A stretch of 64,000 bases of DNA from an uncultured bacterium. Lineage in GTDB: Bacteria > Actinomycetota > Actinomycetes > S36-B12. Location of the stretch: positions 900 through 64,899 of the forward strand of contig CAIVWG010000083.1 of the NCBI GenBank assembly GCA_903909555.1. Reading direction: 5' to 3'. A program made the translations under genes and the position numbers. Below, piece by piece: positions 55,897-64,000 of this stretch (positions are counted from its first letter, which is position 1; each line of letters begins with the position of its first letter). The notes below the pieces were generated by a model. The model did no database searches and was not told the origin of the DNA. It saw only the letters and a program-made list of their open reading frames with translations.

Positions 55897-57015
55897 ATGA
55901 GCCAATTGCTGCCCTTCCTCACCGAGGATCCGCTGCCGCCCTCGCGCAATCGGCGCAGCCCGGTGCGGTGGACCGTGGCGGCCCTGGGCATCCTCGCGCT
56001 GGTGGTCGCCGGGGTCTGGGCGTTCACCACGGTGCAGACCCTCGCCCCCGAGGAGCGCGCGGCGGCCGTCGCGGGGACACCGGTCCTCGTCGTGGTCAAC
56101 ACCGGCGACTCGCTCGCCACGGTGGCGCGCAGCCTCGAGGCTGCGGGCGTCGTGGCGACCGCGTCGGGCTTCCTTGCCAGCGCCGAGCTCGACGACCGGG
56201 CCACGCGTATCGGACCGGGCGTCTACTCCCTGACTACGGGCATGGATCCCGCCAGCGTCATCGACGCCATGCTGGACCCCGCGTCGCGCGCGGCGCCCCT
56301 GGTCCTGCCGGAGGGCCTGCGCATCGACGAGACCGTGCGCTTCACCGCGGCGGCGACCGGCATCCCCGAGTCGCAGCTCGCCGACGCCCTCGGCGAGCCC
56401 GACGCGCTGGCCCTGCCGGAGTGGGCCGACGGGCGCCCTGAGGGCCTGCTGTTCCCGGCGTCGTACGACATCATCCCCGGACGGTCCGCGAGCGAGGTTC
56501 TCAACACGATGGTCCGTCGCTTCGACCTCGCTGCCGCCGAGTTGAATCTGGTCAAGCGCGCGAAGAAGCTGGGCATGACGCCGTACGACGTCATGATCGT
56601 GGCCAGCCTCGTCCAGGCGGAGGCGGCCCCGAGCGACTTCCGGAAGGTCGCGCGGGTGGCCTACAACCGTCTCAAGGAGGGCATGAAGCTGCAGTTCGAT
56701 TCGACGGTGAACTACGCCCTGAAGACCGACACCTTCTTCCTCACCGAGCAGATGCTGTCGGTCGAGTCTCCGTACAACACCTTCGTCATCGACGGGCTTC
56801 CGCCCACCCCGATCAACTCGCCCGGTCAGGAGGCGATCGAGGCAGCCCTCAATCCCGCCGAGGGAGACTGGCTGTACTTCGTCACCACCGACCCCGACTC
56901 CCTCACGACCAAGTTCACCGCGAGCTACGAGCAGTTCCTCGAGTGGAAGCAGAAGTTCCGCGAGGGCTACGGGGCGTCCAATGCCCCTCGCCCCTCTGCC
57001 TCGGCGACCCCGTGA
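55897..57015 (+). CDS. mltG: Endolytic murein transglycosylase MltG (YceG-like)
   Basis: In-frame ATG at 55897 within track ORF 55393-57015. N-terminal TM. Then EGLLFPASYD, ASLVQAEA, VAYNRL..GM.LQ.DSTV.YAL, YNT....GLPP.PI..PG and YFV. Confidence 0.85.
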   Translation: MSQLLPFLTEDPLPPSRNRRSPVRWTVAALGILALVVAGVWAFTTVQTLAPEERAAAVAGTPVLVVVNTGDSLATVARSLEAAGVVATASGFLASAELDDRATRIGPGVYSLTTGMDPASVIDAMLDPASRAAPLVLPEGLRIDETVRFTAAATGIPESQLADALGEPDALALPEWADGRPEGLLFPASYDIIPGRSASEVLNTMVRRFDLAAAELNLVKRAKKLGMTPYDVMIVASLVQAEAAPSDFRKVARVAYNRLKEGMKLQFDSTVNYALKTDTFFLTEQMLSVESPYNTFVIDGLPPTPINSPGQEAIEAALNPAEGDWLYFVTTDPDSLTTKFTASYEQFLEWKQKFREGYGASNAPRPSASATP

Positions 57016-57866
57016 TCGAGCAGCCCCGCCGCGCCGCCGTCCTCGGCTCCCCGATCGGCCACAGCCTGTCACCTGTCCTGCACCGGGCCGCGTACTCGAG
57101 CCTGGGCCTGGACTGGCGGTACGACGCGCTCGACGTTCGGGAGGACGAACTCGCCGAGTTCGTGGATGCCCTGGACGATGCGTGGGTCGGACTCTCGCTC
57201 ACGATGCCGCTCAAGACGGCGATCCTGCCGCTCCTCCATGACGCCAGCGACACCGTCGAGACCGTCGGCGCCGCGAACACCGTGCTGCTCCGCGATGGTC
57301 GGCGCCACGGTCACAACACCGATGTCATGGGGATGGTCCGCGCCATCCGCGAGCTCGCGGAGGAGGCCGCGGGCGGCCAGCCCGCCGGCCCCTCGCCTGC
57401 CTTCCCTCGCGCGACCATCCTCGGCGGCGGGGCGACGGCGCGCAGCGCCCTGGCCGCGCTTCACCGGCTGGGAGCAGAGGTGGTGTACGCCGCTCTCCGG
57501 GATCCCGGCAAGGGCGCCGACCTGCTGCGCATCTCCGGCGACCTCGGGATGGACCTGCGGATCGTGTCCTGGGACGAGGCCCACCACCACCTCGACGCCG
57601 ATGTGGTGATCTCCACGGTTCCCGGAGGCGCGGCGGACCGTTATGCACAGGACGTCCCCGACGACCCCGGCATCCTCCTCGACGTGGCCTACGGTGAACA
57701 GGCGGGCACGCTCGTGCCCGCGTGGCGGGCGCGCGGCGCAGTGGCGGCGGACGGATTGCTGCTCCTGCTGTGGCAGGCCGTCGACCAGGTCGCGCTCATG
57801 ACCGGTCGCGACGCGCCCGTCGACGAGATGCGCGCGGCCCTCATGGGGGCGGTGGGCCGGGGCTAG
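57012..57866 (+). CDS. aroE: Shikimate dehydrogenase
   Basis: In-frame GTG at 57012 overlapping the mltG stop. Motifs present are GSPIGHSLSPVLH, GLSLTMPLK, GAANT, HNTDV.G and the GGGATARS Rossmann motif. Confidence 0.85.
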   Translation: MIEQPRRAAVLGSPIGHSLSPVLHRAAYSSLGLDWRYDALDVREDELAEFVDALDDAWVGLSLTMPLKTAILPLLHDASDTVETVGAANTVLLRDGRRHGHNTDVMGMVRAIRELAEEAAGGQPAGPSPAFPRATILGGGATARSALAALHRLGAEVVYAALRDPGKGADLLRISGDLGMDLRIVSWDEAHHHLDADVVISTVPGGAADRYAQDVPDDPGILLDVAYGEQAGTLVPAWRARGAVAADGLLLLLWQAVDQVALMTGRDAPVDEMRAALMGAVGRG

Positions 57867-57886
57867 GACGCGACCGAGGGGGCGGC

Positions 57887-58684
57887 ATGGGGGGAGATCT
57901 CGCCTGGTGGATCGTCCCCGCGGTGCTCGGGGCGGCCTGCGCCCCGGCTGTCGACCGACTGGGGCGATGGGCCCTCACCACCGGCACCGTAGCGCCGCTC
58001 CCCGGGGCAGACCCCCTCGGGCGCGCGCCCCACGCCGGCGCAACTCCCTCCCCGGTGTCCCGATGGTCGACCTGGGCCGCGACGTCGACCGCGGCCTGCG
58101 TCGTGGCCTGCGCCCTCGCCGGCGTCAGCGTCACCCTCGCCGTGGCGGAGCGCCTGCCCTGGGCGGCGCTCCCGGCCTGGTGGGCCCTGGCCTTGATCGG
58201 GGTCGCGATCACGCGAACCGACCTGGACCGGCACCGGATCCCCGACGTGCTCGTCGCCCTGCTCCTGGCGAGCGGGGGCGCGGGCCTGCTCGCCGCCGCC
58301 TGGCTCGGGGGGACGATGGCGTCGTACGCGCGGGCCTGGGCGGCCGCCGGCGCGTGCCTGGGCGCGTTCCTGGCGCTGGCCCTCGTCTCGCCCTCCGGCC
58401 TGGGGATGGGCGACGTCAAGCTCATGGGTGCGCTCGGGCTGTACCTCGGCTACATCGGATGGGGCACGCTGCTCCTGGGCATCGTCCTCGGTCTTGCCCT
58501 GGCCGGTCTCGCGGGAAGCGTGGCGGCGGTGACGCTGTCGCTGCGCGGCTCCGGGCGGGACGGGCCGGAGAGTCCGCCGAGTGCCCGGCGGCGCGCGGTG
58601 ACCGCGCTGCGGACGCCGATCCCGCTGGGCCCCTTCCTCGTCACCGGAGCGATCGCGGCCATGCTGGTCCCCGCGGCCATCTGA
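57887..58684 (+). CDS. A24 family prepilin peptidase-like membrane protein
   Basis: In-frame ATG at 57887. Polytopic. Both catalytic Asp contexts are present (DLDRHRIPDVLV and GLGMGDVKLMGALGLYLG). It lacks the N-terminal methyltransferase region. Confidence 0.7.
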   Translation: MGGDLAWWIVPAVLGAACAPAVDRLGRWALTTGTVAPLPGADPLGRAPHAGATPSPVSRWSTWAATSTAACVVACALAGVSVTLAVAERLPWAALPAWWALALIGVAITRTDLDRHRIPDVLVALLLASGGAGLLAAAWLGGTMASYARAWAAAGACLGAFLALALVSPSGLGMGDVKLMGALGLYLGYIGWGTLLLGIVLGLALAGLAGSVAAVTLSLRGSGRDGPESPPSARRRAVTALRTPIPLGPFLVTGAIAAMLVPAAI

Positions 58685-58714
58685 GAGGATGTCGCCCATG
58701 CCCGGGAGCCCGCG

Positions 58715-59890
58715 ATGCTGAGATGGCTCACGGCCGGCGAATCCCACGGCCCGGCGCTGGTGGCGATCCTCGAGGGCCTGCCCGCCGGAGTCAGCGTCAC
58801 CACCGACGACATCGCCGAGGACCTCCGGCGGCGCCGTCTGGGCGTGGGACGCGGGGCTCGGATGAGCTTCGAGCAGGACCGTGTCTCGATCCTGGGCGGT
58901 GTTCGGCACGGCGTCACGCAGGGCGGGCCGATCGCGGTCGAGGTCGCCAACAGCGAGTGGCCCAAGTGGGACCGCGTCATGTCCCCGGACCCGGTGGATG
59001 CCGATGAACTCGCCGCCCTGGCCCGCAATGCCCCGCTGACCCGCCCCCGGCCCGGCCACGCGGACCTCGTGGGGATGCAGAAGTATGGATTCGACGACGC
59101 GCGCCCGATCCTCGAGCGCGCGAGCGCTCGCGAGACCGCCGCGCGCGTCGCGCTCGGCGCGGTGGCCCGGGCCTTCCTCGCCCAGGCGGCCGACGTCGAG
59201 GTGGTGAGCCACGTCGTGCGCATCGGGAGCGTCGAGGCGGGCCCCGCCACTCCCGAGCGCGGTGCGGGCCCCGCCATCGACGACGATCCCGTGCGCGCGC
59301 TGGAGGCCGCCGCCTCTCAGGCCATGCAGGAGGAGATTGCCGCGGCACACCGCGATGGCGACACCCTCGGCGGCGTCGTGGAGGTCGTGGCGTTCGGGCT
59401 GCCGCCGGGCCTGGGGAGCCACGTGCACTGGGACCGCCGGCTCGATGCGCGCCTCGCGGCGTCCCTCATGGGCATTCAGGCGATCAAGGGGGTCGAGGTC
59501 GGGGATGGGTTCGGCCTGGCGGCCCGGCGCGGATCGCAGGCGCAGGACGAGATCGTGTCCGACGGCGGGGCCTTGAGGCGCACCTCGGGCAGGTCCGGGG
59601 GGACCGAGGGGGGCATGAGCACGGGGGAGACGCTGCGCGTGCGCGCGGCGATGAAGCCCATTTCGACGATCCCTCGCGCACTGCAGACCGTGGATGTGGC
59701 CACGGGCGAGCCGGCCAAGGCGATCAACCAGCGTTCCGATGTCTGCGCGGTGCCCGCCGCCGGGGTCGTCGCGGAGGCCATGGTCATGCTCGTCCTCGCC
59801 GACGCGATCCTCGAGAAGTTCGGCGGCGACAGCCTCGCCGAGACCCGGCGCAACCTCGCGGGCTACCTCGAAGGGCTGGCCTTCCGGTGA
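58715..59890 (+). CDS. aroC: Chorismate synthase
   Basis: 391 aa. The sequence reads [25 protein letters not shown], then [32 protein letters not shown] and [10 protein letters not shown]. Confidence 0.95.
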   Translation: MLRWLTAGESHGPALVAILEGLPAGVSVTTDDIAEDLRRRRLGVGRGARMSFEQDRVSILGGVRHGVTQGGPIAVEVANSEWPKWDRVMSPDPVDADELAALARNAPLTRPRPGHADLVGMQKYGFDDARPILERASARETAARVALGAVARAFLAQAADVEVVSHVVRIGSVEAGPATPERGAGPAIDDDPVRALEAAASQAMQEEIAAAHRDGDTLGGVVEVVAFGLPPGLGSHVHWDRRLDARLAASLMGIQAIKGVEVGDGFGLAARRGSQAQDEIVSDGGALRRTSGRSGGTEGGMSTGETLRVRAAMKPISTIPRALQTVDVATGEPAKAINQRSDVCAVPAAGVVAEAMVMLVLADAILEKFGGDSLAETRRNLAGYLEGLAFR

Positions 59891-60459
59891 CGGACGCGCT
59901 CGGGACGTCCATCGTCGTGGAGGACGAGGGGCCGATGCTCGTCCTCGTGGGAGCCCCGGGCGCGGGCAAGACGACCGTCGGCAAGGCCTGCGCCCGTCGC
60001 CTCGGAGTCGCCTTCGCCGACAGCGATCACCTCGTGGAGAAGCGCGCCGGCAAGAGGGTCGCGGACATCTTCGTCGACGAGGGCGAGCCGGCGTTCCGCG
60101 CCTGGGAACGCGACACCGTGGCCGACGCCCTGCGGGAGCAGCGCGGCGTGCTCTCCCTCGGGGGCGGCGCCGTGCTGGACCCGGGGACGCGAAGGCTCCT
60201 GGGGAGCCAGCGCGTCGTCTGGCTCCAGGTCGGCGTCGGCGACGCTGCCCGCCGGGTGGGACTCAATGCCGCGCGCCCCCTGCTTGTCGGGAACGTGCGC
60301 GGGACGCTCTCCGCACTGCTGGCGCAGCGCACTCCGCTCTACGAGGAGGTGTGCGATGCCGCCGTCGAGACTGACGGGCGGACCGTGGACGCCGTGACCG
60401 ACGACGTCCTGGCCGCGGTCGCCGCCCTGGGCGGGCCGCGCCCCGCGGGAGCGACGTGA
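59887..60459 (+). CDS. aroK: Shikimate kinase
   Basis: 190 aa, GTGA overlap with aroC. Walker [12 protein letters not shown], plus DSD, F.DEGE.AFR..E and LGGGAV. Confidence 0.9.
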   Translation: MTDALGTSIVVEDEGPMLVLVGAPGAGKTTVGKACARRLGVAFADSDHLVEKRAGKRVADIFVDEGEPAFRAWERDTVADALREQRGVLSLGGGAVLDPGTRRLLGSQRVVWLQVGVGDAARRVGLNAARPLLVGNVRGTLSALLAQRTPLYEEVCDAAVETDGRTVDAVTDDVLAAVAALGGPRPAGAT

Positions 60460-61577
60460 GCGCGCCGCCCGAGGACGGGTCCCGCGCCGGCACCACGCGC
60501 ATCCGCGTCTCCGCCGAGCGCCCGTACGACGTCCTCGTGGGCACCGGACTGCTGGGCGAGCTCACGCCGATGCTGGGAGAGGGCGTCGCCAAGGTCGCGG
60601 TGATCGCCCCGCGCGCCCTCGAGCTCACCGCGGAGGCGGTGCGCGCGGATCTCGCGAGCCAGGGGCTCGAGGGGATCATCCTCGAGATTCCCGACGCGGA
60701 GGACGCCAAGACCGCGGAGGTGGCGACGTTCTGCTGGGACGTCCTGGGCCGCTCAGGCTTCACGCGCACCGACGCGGTCGTCGGCATCGGCGGGGGAGCG
60801 GCGACGGACCTCGCCGGCTTCGTGGCCGGCACCTGGCTGCGCGGAGTCCGGCACATCAACATCCCCACGACCGTCCTGGGCATGGTCGACGCGGCGGTGG
60901 GCGGCAAGACCGGGATCAACACCCCGACGGGCAAGAACCTCGTCGGAGTGTTCCACGAGCCCGCCGGCGTGCTGTGCGACCTCGCGGTCCTCGAGACCCT
61001 CCCGAGGAACGAGCTCGTCGCCGGCCTGGCCGAGGCCGTGAAGTGCGGGTTCATCCGGGACACCGCCATCCTCGACGCCGTCCTGGACGATCCCGACGAC
61101 TGCGCGCGATGGGACTCCCCGCGGCTGCGGGAGATCATCGAGCGCGCTATCCGCGTCAAGGCCGACGTCGTCAGCGCAGACCTGCGCGAGAGCGTCGGGG
61201 CGACGACGCTGGGCCGCGAAGCCCTCAACTACGGCCACACGTTCGGGCACGCCATCGAGCGCGTCGAGAACTACCGCTGGCGCCACGGGGCGGCCATCAG
61301 CGTCGGCATGGTGTACGTCGCCGAGCTCGCGCGACTCGCCGGACGGCTGGATGACGCGGGCGTGGACCTGCACCGGGAGGTTCTCGGGGCGCTGGGCCTT
61401 CCCACGACCTATGCGGGCGGACGCTGGGATCCCCTGCTCGCCGCGATGAGGGTCGACAAGAAGTCCCGGGCCGACGTCATGCGCTTCGTCGTGCTCGACG
61501 GAATAGGCCATCCTGGCCTTCTCGAGGGGCCCGACCCGGCCCTTCTCGTCAGCGCCTACGAGGAGGTCTCCGGATGA
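60456..61577 (+). CDS. aroB: 3-dehydroquinate synthase
   Basis: 373 aa. Motifs present are [49 protein letters not shown], and [12 protein letters not shown]. Confidence 0.9.
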   Translation: MSAPPEDGSRAGTTRIRVSAERPYDVLVGTGLLGELTPMLGEGVAKVAVIAPRALELTAEAVRADLASQGLEGIILEIPDAEDAKTAEVATFCWDVLGRSGFTRTDAVVGIGGGAATDLAGFVAGTWLRGVRHINIPTTVLGMVDAAVGGKTGINTPTGKNLVGVFHEPAGVLCDLAVLETLPRNELVAGLAEAVKCGFIRDTAILDAVLDDPDDCARWDSPRLREIIERAIRVKADVVSADLRESVGATTLGREALNYGHTFGHAIERVENYRWRHGAAISVGMVYVAELARLAGRLDDAGVDLHREVLGALGLPTTYAGGRWDPLLAAMRVDKKSRADVMRFVVLDGIGHPGLLEGPDPALLVSAYEEVSG

Positions 61578-62020
61578 CCCGTGTCCTCGTCCTCAACGGC
61601 CCCAACCTCGGCCGGCTCGGCGCGCGCGAGCCTGAGGTCTACGGCCACGCCACCCATGACGACCTCGTGGAGCGATGCAGGGCCGTCGGCATGTCCCTCG
61701 GGCTCGACGTCGAGGTGCGCCAGACGGACAACGAAGCCGAGTTGGTGTCCTGGCTGCACGAAGCCGCGGAGGCATCCACCCCGGTGGTGCTCAACCCCGC
61801 CGCCTTCACGCACTACTCCTACGCGGTTCGCGATGCCCTCGCCCAGGTGTCGGCCCCTACGGTCGAGGTCCACCTGTCCAACCCCGCTGCTCGCGAGGAT
61901 TTCCGGCATACCTCGGTGGTGGCGGGCGTGGTCTCCGGCAGCATCTCCGGCTTCGGGCTGACGTCGTACGAACTCGCCCTGCGCGCGGTGGCTGCCCGGC
62001 TGGCCGGCGCGGGCCCGTGA
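61574..62020 (+). CDS. aroQ: Type II 3-dehydroquinate dehydratase
   Basis: 148 aa. The sequence reads [19 protein letters not shown], then RQTDNE.ELV.WLHEA, NPAA.THYS.A.RDA and VEVH.SNP..RE.FRH.S. Confidence 0.9.
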   Translation: MTRVLVLNGPNLGRLGAREPEVYGHATHDDLVERCRAVGMSLGLDVEVRQTDNEAELVSWLHEAAEASTPVVLNPAAFTHYSYAVRDALAQVSAPTVEVHLSNPAAREDFRHTSVVAGVVSGSISGFGLTSYELALRAVAARLAGAGP

Positions 62021-63120
62021 GCTCCCCGGAGTACCACGGTCGTCGAGCCCGGGCGTGGGCCGAGGTCCTCGAGCGTGATCCGGCGGCGAGCGCCTTCCTC
62101 GTCACCGGGCTGGCGAACGTGCGCTACCTCTGCGGGTTCACCGGGAGCAGCGGAGTGCTCCTGCTGTCCGATGCCGATCCGCTGCTCGGCACCGACGGTC
62201 GCTACCTCGTGCAGGCGGGACAGCAGTGCCCCGGGCTGGACCTCGTGCTGGATCGCCAGACCCTCGCCGCGGTCGTGGCCCGCTGGAAGTCCCGCACGGG
62301 CGGTTCGCCGCAGGGGCGACTGGCCCTGGAGTCGGCTCACCTGTCGGTGGCCGACTACGTCGCCCTGGCGGATGCCGTCGGCGGGGTCGAGCGGCTGTCG
62401 CCCCTCATGGGGGTGGTCGAGGGTCTCCGCGCGGCCAAGGACGAGGGGGAGATGACCCTGATCCGCACCGCGTGCGCGATCAGCGACGCTGCGCTGTCGC
62501 GGGTCGTCCCGTCGATCAGAGCAGGCCAGACCGAGCGCGATATCGCGCGGCTTCTCGAGTCGACGATGCTCGCACTCGGCGCGGACGGCATCAGCTTCTC
62601 CACGATCGTGGGCGCGGGCCCGAACTCCGCCATCCCGCACCACGAGCCCACCCACCGGCCGCTGGCAGAGGGAGACCTCGTCGTCATCGACTTCGGAGCC
62701 GAGGTCGGCGGCTACCACGCCGACGAGACGCGCACGTTCGTCGTGGGAAGCCCCGCGGATTGGCAGGTCGAACTCCATGCCCTGGTGCTCTCGGCCCAGG
62801 AGCAGGCGCGACATGCGGCGACCGCCGGGACCGACCTCGTCGACGTCGATCGCTGCGCGCGAGGACTCATCGCGGACGCCGGTCACGCGGAGAGGTTCGA
62901 CCATGGACTGGGGCACGGCGTCGGGCTGGAGATCCACGAGGCGCCGTTCCTGGGGCCGCACGCCCTGGGTATGCTCGCGGGCGACTCCGCGGTCACCGTG
63001 GAGCCCGGTGTCTACCTCCCCGGAAGGGGAGGGGTGCGCATCGAGGACACGGTGGCCATCAGTGATGGTCCCAGTGTCCCGATCACCGCGACGGATCGCG
63101 GCCTGACGGTGCTGGGCTGA
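62017..63120 (+). CDS. M24 family Xaa-Pro aminopeptidase (PepQ-like)
   Basis: In-frame GTG at 62017 overlapping the aroQ stop. Creatinase-like N-domain, then metal ligands in [38 protein letters not shown] and GGVRIEDT. Confidence 0.85.
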   Translation: MSSPEYHGRRARAWAEVLERDPAASAFLVTGLANVRYLCGFTGSSGVLLLSDADPLLGTDGRYLVQAGQQCPGLDLVLDRQTLAAVVARWKSRTGGSPQGRLALESAHLSVADYVALADAVGGVERLSPLMGVVEGLRAAKDEGEMTLIRTACAISDAALSRVVPSIRAGQTERDIARLLESTMLALGADGISFSTIVGAGPNSAIPHHEPTHRPLAEGDLVVIDFGAEVGGYHADETRTFVVGSPADWQVELHALVLSAQEQARHAATAGTDLVDVDRCARGLIADAGHAERFDHGLGHGVGLEIHEAPFLGPHALGMLAGDSAVTVEPGVYLPGRGGVRIEDTVAISDGPSVPITATDRGLTVLG

Positions 63121-63136
63121 GAGGCAAGGAGCCAAC

Positions 63137-63697
63137 GTGGCGACGACGAACGACCTGAAGAACGGCCTCGTGCTCAACCTCGACGGCCAGCTGTGGACGG
63201 TGGTGGAGTTCCAGCACGTCAAGCCGGGCAAGGGCGGGGCCTTCGTCCGGACCAAGCTCAAGAACGTCCTCTCGGGCAAGGTCGTGGACAAGACCTTCAA
63301 CGCCGGGGTCAAGGTCGAGACCGCCAACGTCGACAAGCGCGACATGCAGTACCTCTACCGGGACGGCGACGACTGGGTGTTCATGGACACCGACTCCTAC
63401 GACCAGGTGCCCATCTCGACCGCGGTCATCGGCGACAACGCCCAGTGGCTGCTGGAGAACCAGTCGGCGGTGGTCGCGATGCACGAGGGGACCGCCCTGT
63501 ACGTCGAACTCCCCGCGGCCGTCGAGCTGCTCATCACGTACACCGAGCCGGGGCTGCAGGGCGACCGGGCGACGGGCGGCACCAAGCCCGCCACGCTGGA
63601 GACGGGAGCCGAGATCCAGGTGCCGCTGTTCATCGAGGCGGACACCCGGGTCAAGGTGGACACGCGGGACGGCTCCTACCTGGGCCGCGTCAACTGA
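63137..63697 (+). CDS. efp: Elongation factor P
   Basis: 186 aa. The sequence reads [35 protein letters not shown]...G. Confidence 0.95.
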   Translation: MATTNDLKNGLVLNLDGQLWTVVEFQHVKPGKGGAFVRTKLKNVLSGKVVDKTFNAGVKVETANVDKRDMQYLYRDGDDWVFMDTDSYDQVPISTAVIGDNAQWLLENQSAVVAMHEGTALYVELPAAVELLITYTEPGLQGDRATGGTKPATLETGAEIQVPLFIEADTRVKVDTRDGSYLGRVN

Positions 63698-63698
63698 C

Positions 63699-64000
63699 GT
63701 GTCGGCGAGGCATCGCGCCCGCAAGCGGGCTCTGGACATCCTCTTCGAGTCCGACCTGAGGCAGATGCCCATCGCCGATGTCCTCGCCGAGGCCGTCGCG
63801 CGGCGGGACGAGTCGGGTGACCCCGCGCTGAACCCCTACACGGTGGACCTCGTGCGCGGCGTGGGAGACCACCGCGAGCGCATCGACGAGATCCTGTCGA
63901 CGTACTCCCTGGGCTGGACCGTGGACCGCATGCCGGCGGTCGATCGCAATGCCCTGCGCATCGGGGTCTATGAGCTCCTGTGGGGCGACGTCCCCGACGC
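63699..64000 (+). CDS. nusB: Transcription antitermination factor NusB (3' end beyond window)
   Basis: GTG at 63699, 1 nt after the efp stop. The translation is VSARHRARKRALDILFESDLR...NPYTVDLVRGV..H...ID..L..YS.GWT..RMPAVDRNALRIGVYELLW and is open to the window end. It is not in the ORF track because it is truncated. Confidence 0.85.
   Translation, partial: MSARHRARKRALDILFESDLRQMPIADVLAEAVARRDESGDPALNPYTVDLVRGVGDHRERIDEILSTYSLGWTVDRMPAVDRNALRIGVYELLWGDVPD

Overview
Very GC-rich actinobacterial chromosomal segment; codon third positions are almost all G/C and many long antisense shadow ORFs result. From about 18.4 kb to the end it is core housekeeping DNA, colinear (from memory) with the mycobacterial thrS...nusB region (M. 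tuberculosis Rv2614c to Rv2533c). The gene order is tRNA-Val/Cys/Gly, pabBC, tRNA-Val, thrS, HIT (Ap4A phosphorylase-like), pgsA-patA-pimA, pdxST-yebC, ruvCAB, yajC-secDF, rel, cyclophilin, hisS-aspS, rarA, alaS-ruvX-mltG-aroE, an A24 peptidase, aroCKBQ-pepQ, efp and nusB. Most neighbouring genes are linked by 1- or 4-nt start/stop overlaps (ATGA/GTGA), indicating long translationally coupled operons. The left 18 kb is more variable: aldehyde dehydrogenase, YjbQ, LigC, ZapE, an orphan ornithine carbamoyltransferase, an acyl-CoA synthetase and a DinB-LtaE pair. It also holds a PotABCD-type importer followed by a YtcJ-type amidohydrolase tightly coupled to a two-gene urease (gamma-beta fusion plus alpha). 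I found no mobile elements, CRISPR arrays, rRNA genes, integrases or recognisable defence or toxin-antitoxin genes. The best candidate for something undescribed is the amidohydrolase/urease-like module. It has no ureDEFG or nickel-uptake genes anywhere in the window, and its alpha subunit keeps all metal ligands but has rewritten substrate-pocket motifs. This remains a hypothesis, not a demonstrated new system. Secondary curiosities are an EF-G paralogue whose catalytic His is replaced by Tyr, a structured and repeat-bearing divergent intergenic region upstream of pgsA, and an anti-SD hairpin in front of potA. Refined start codons were checked only for reading frame against the ORF track. Hairpin and repeat coordinates were hand-counted and may be off by about 1 nt.
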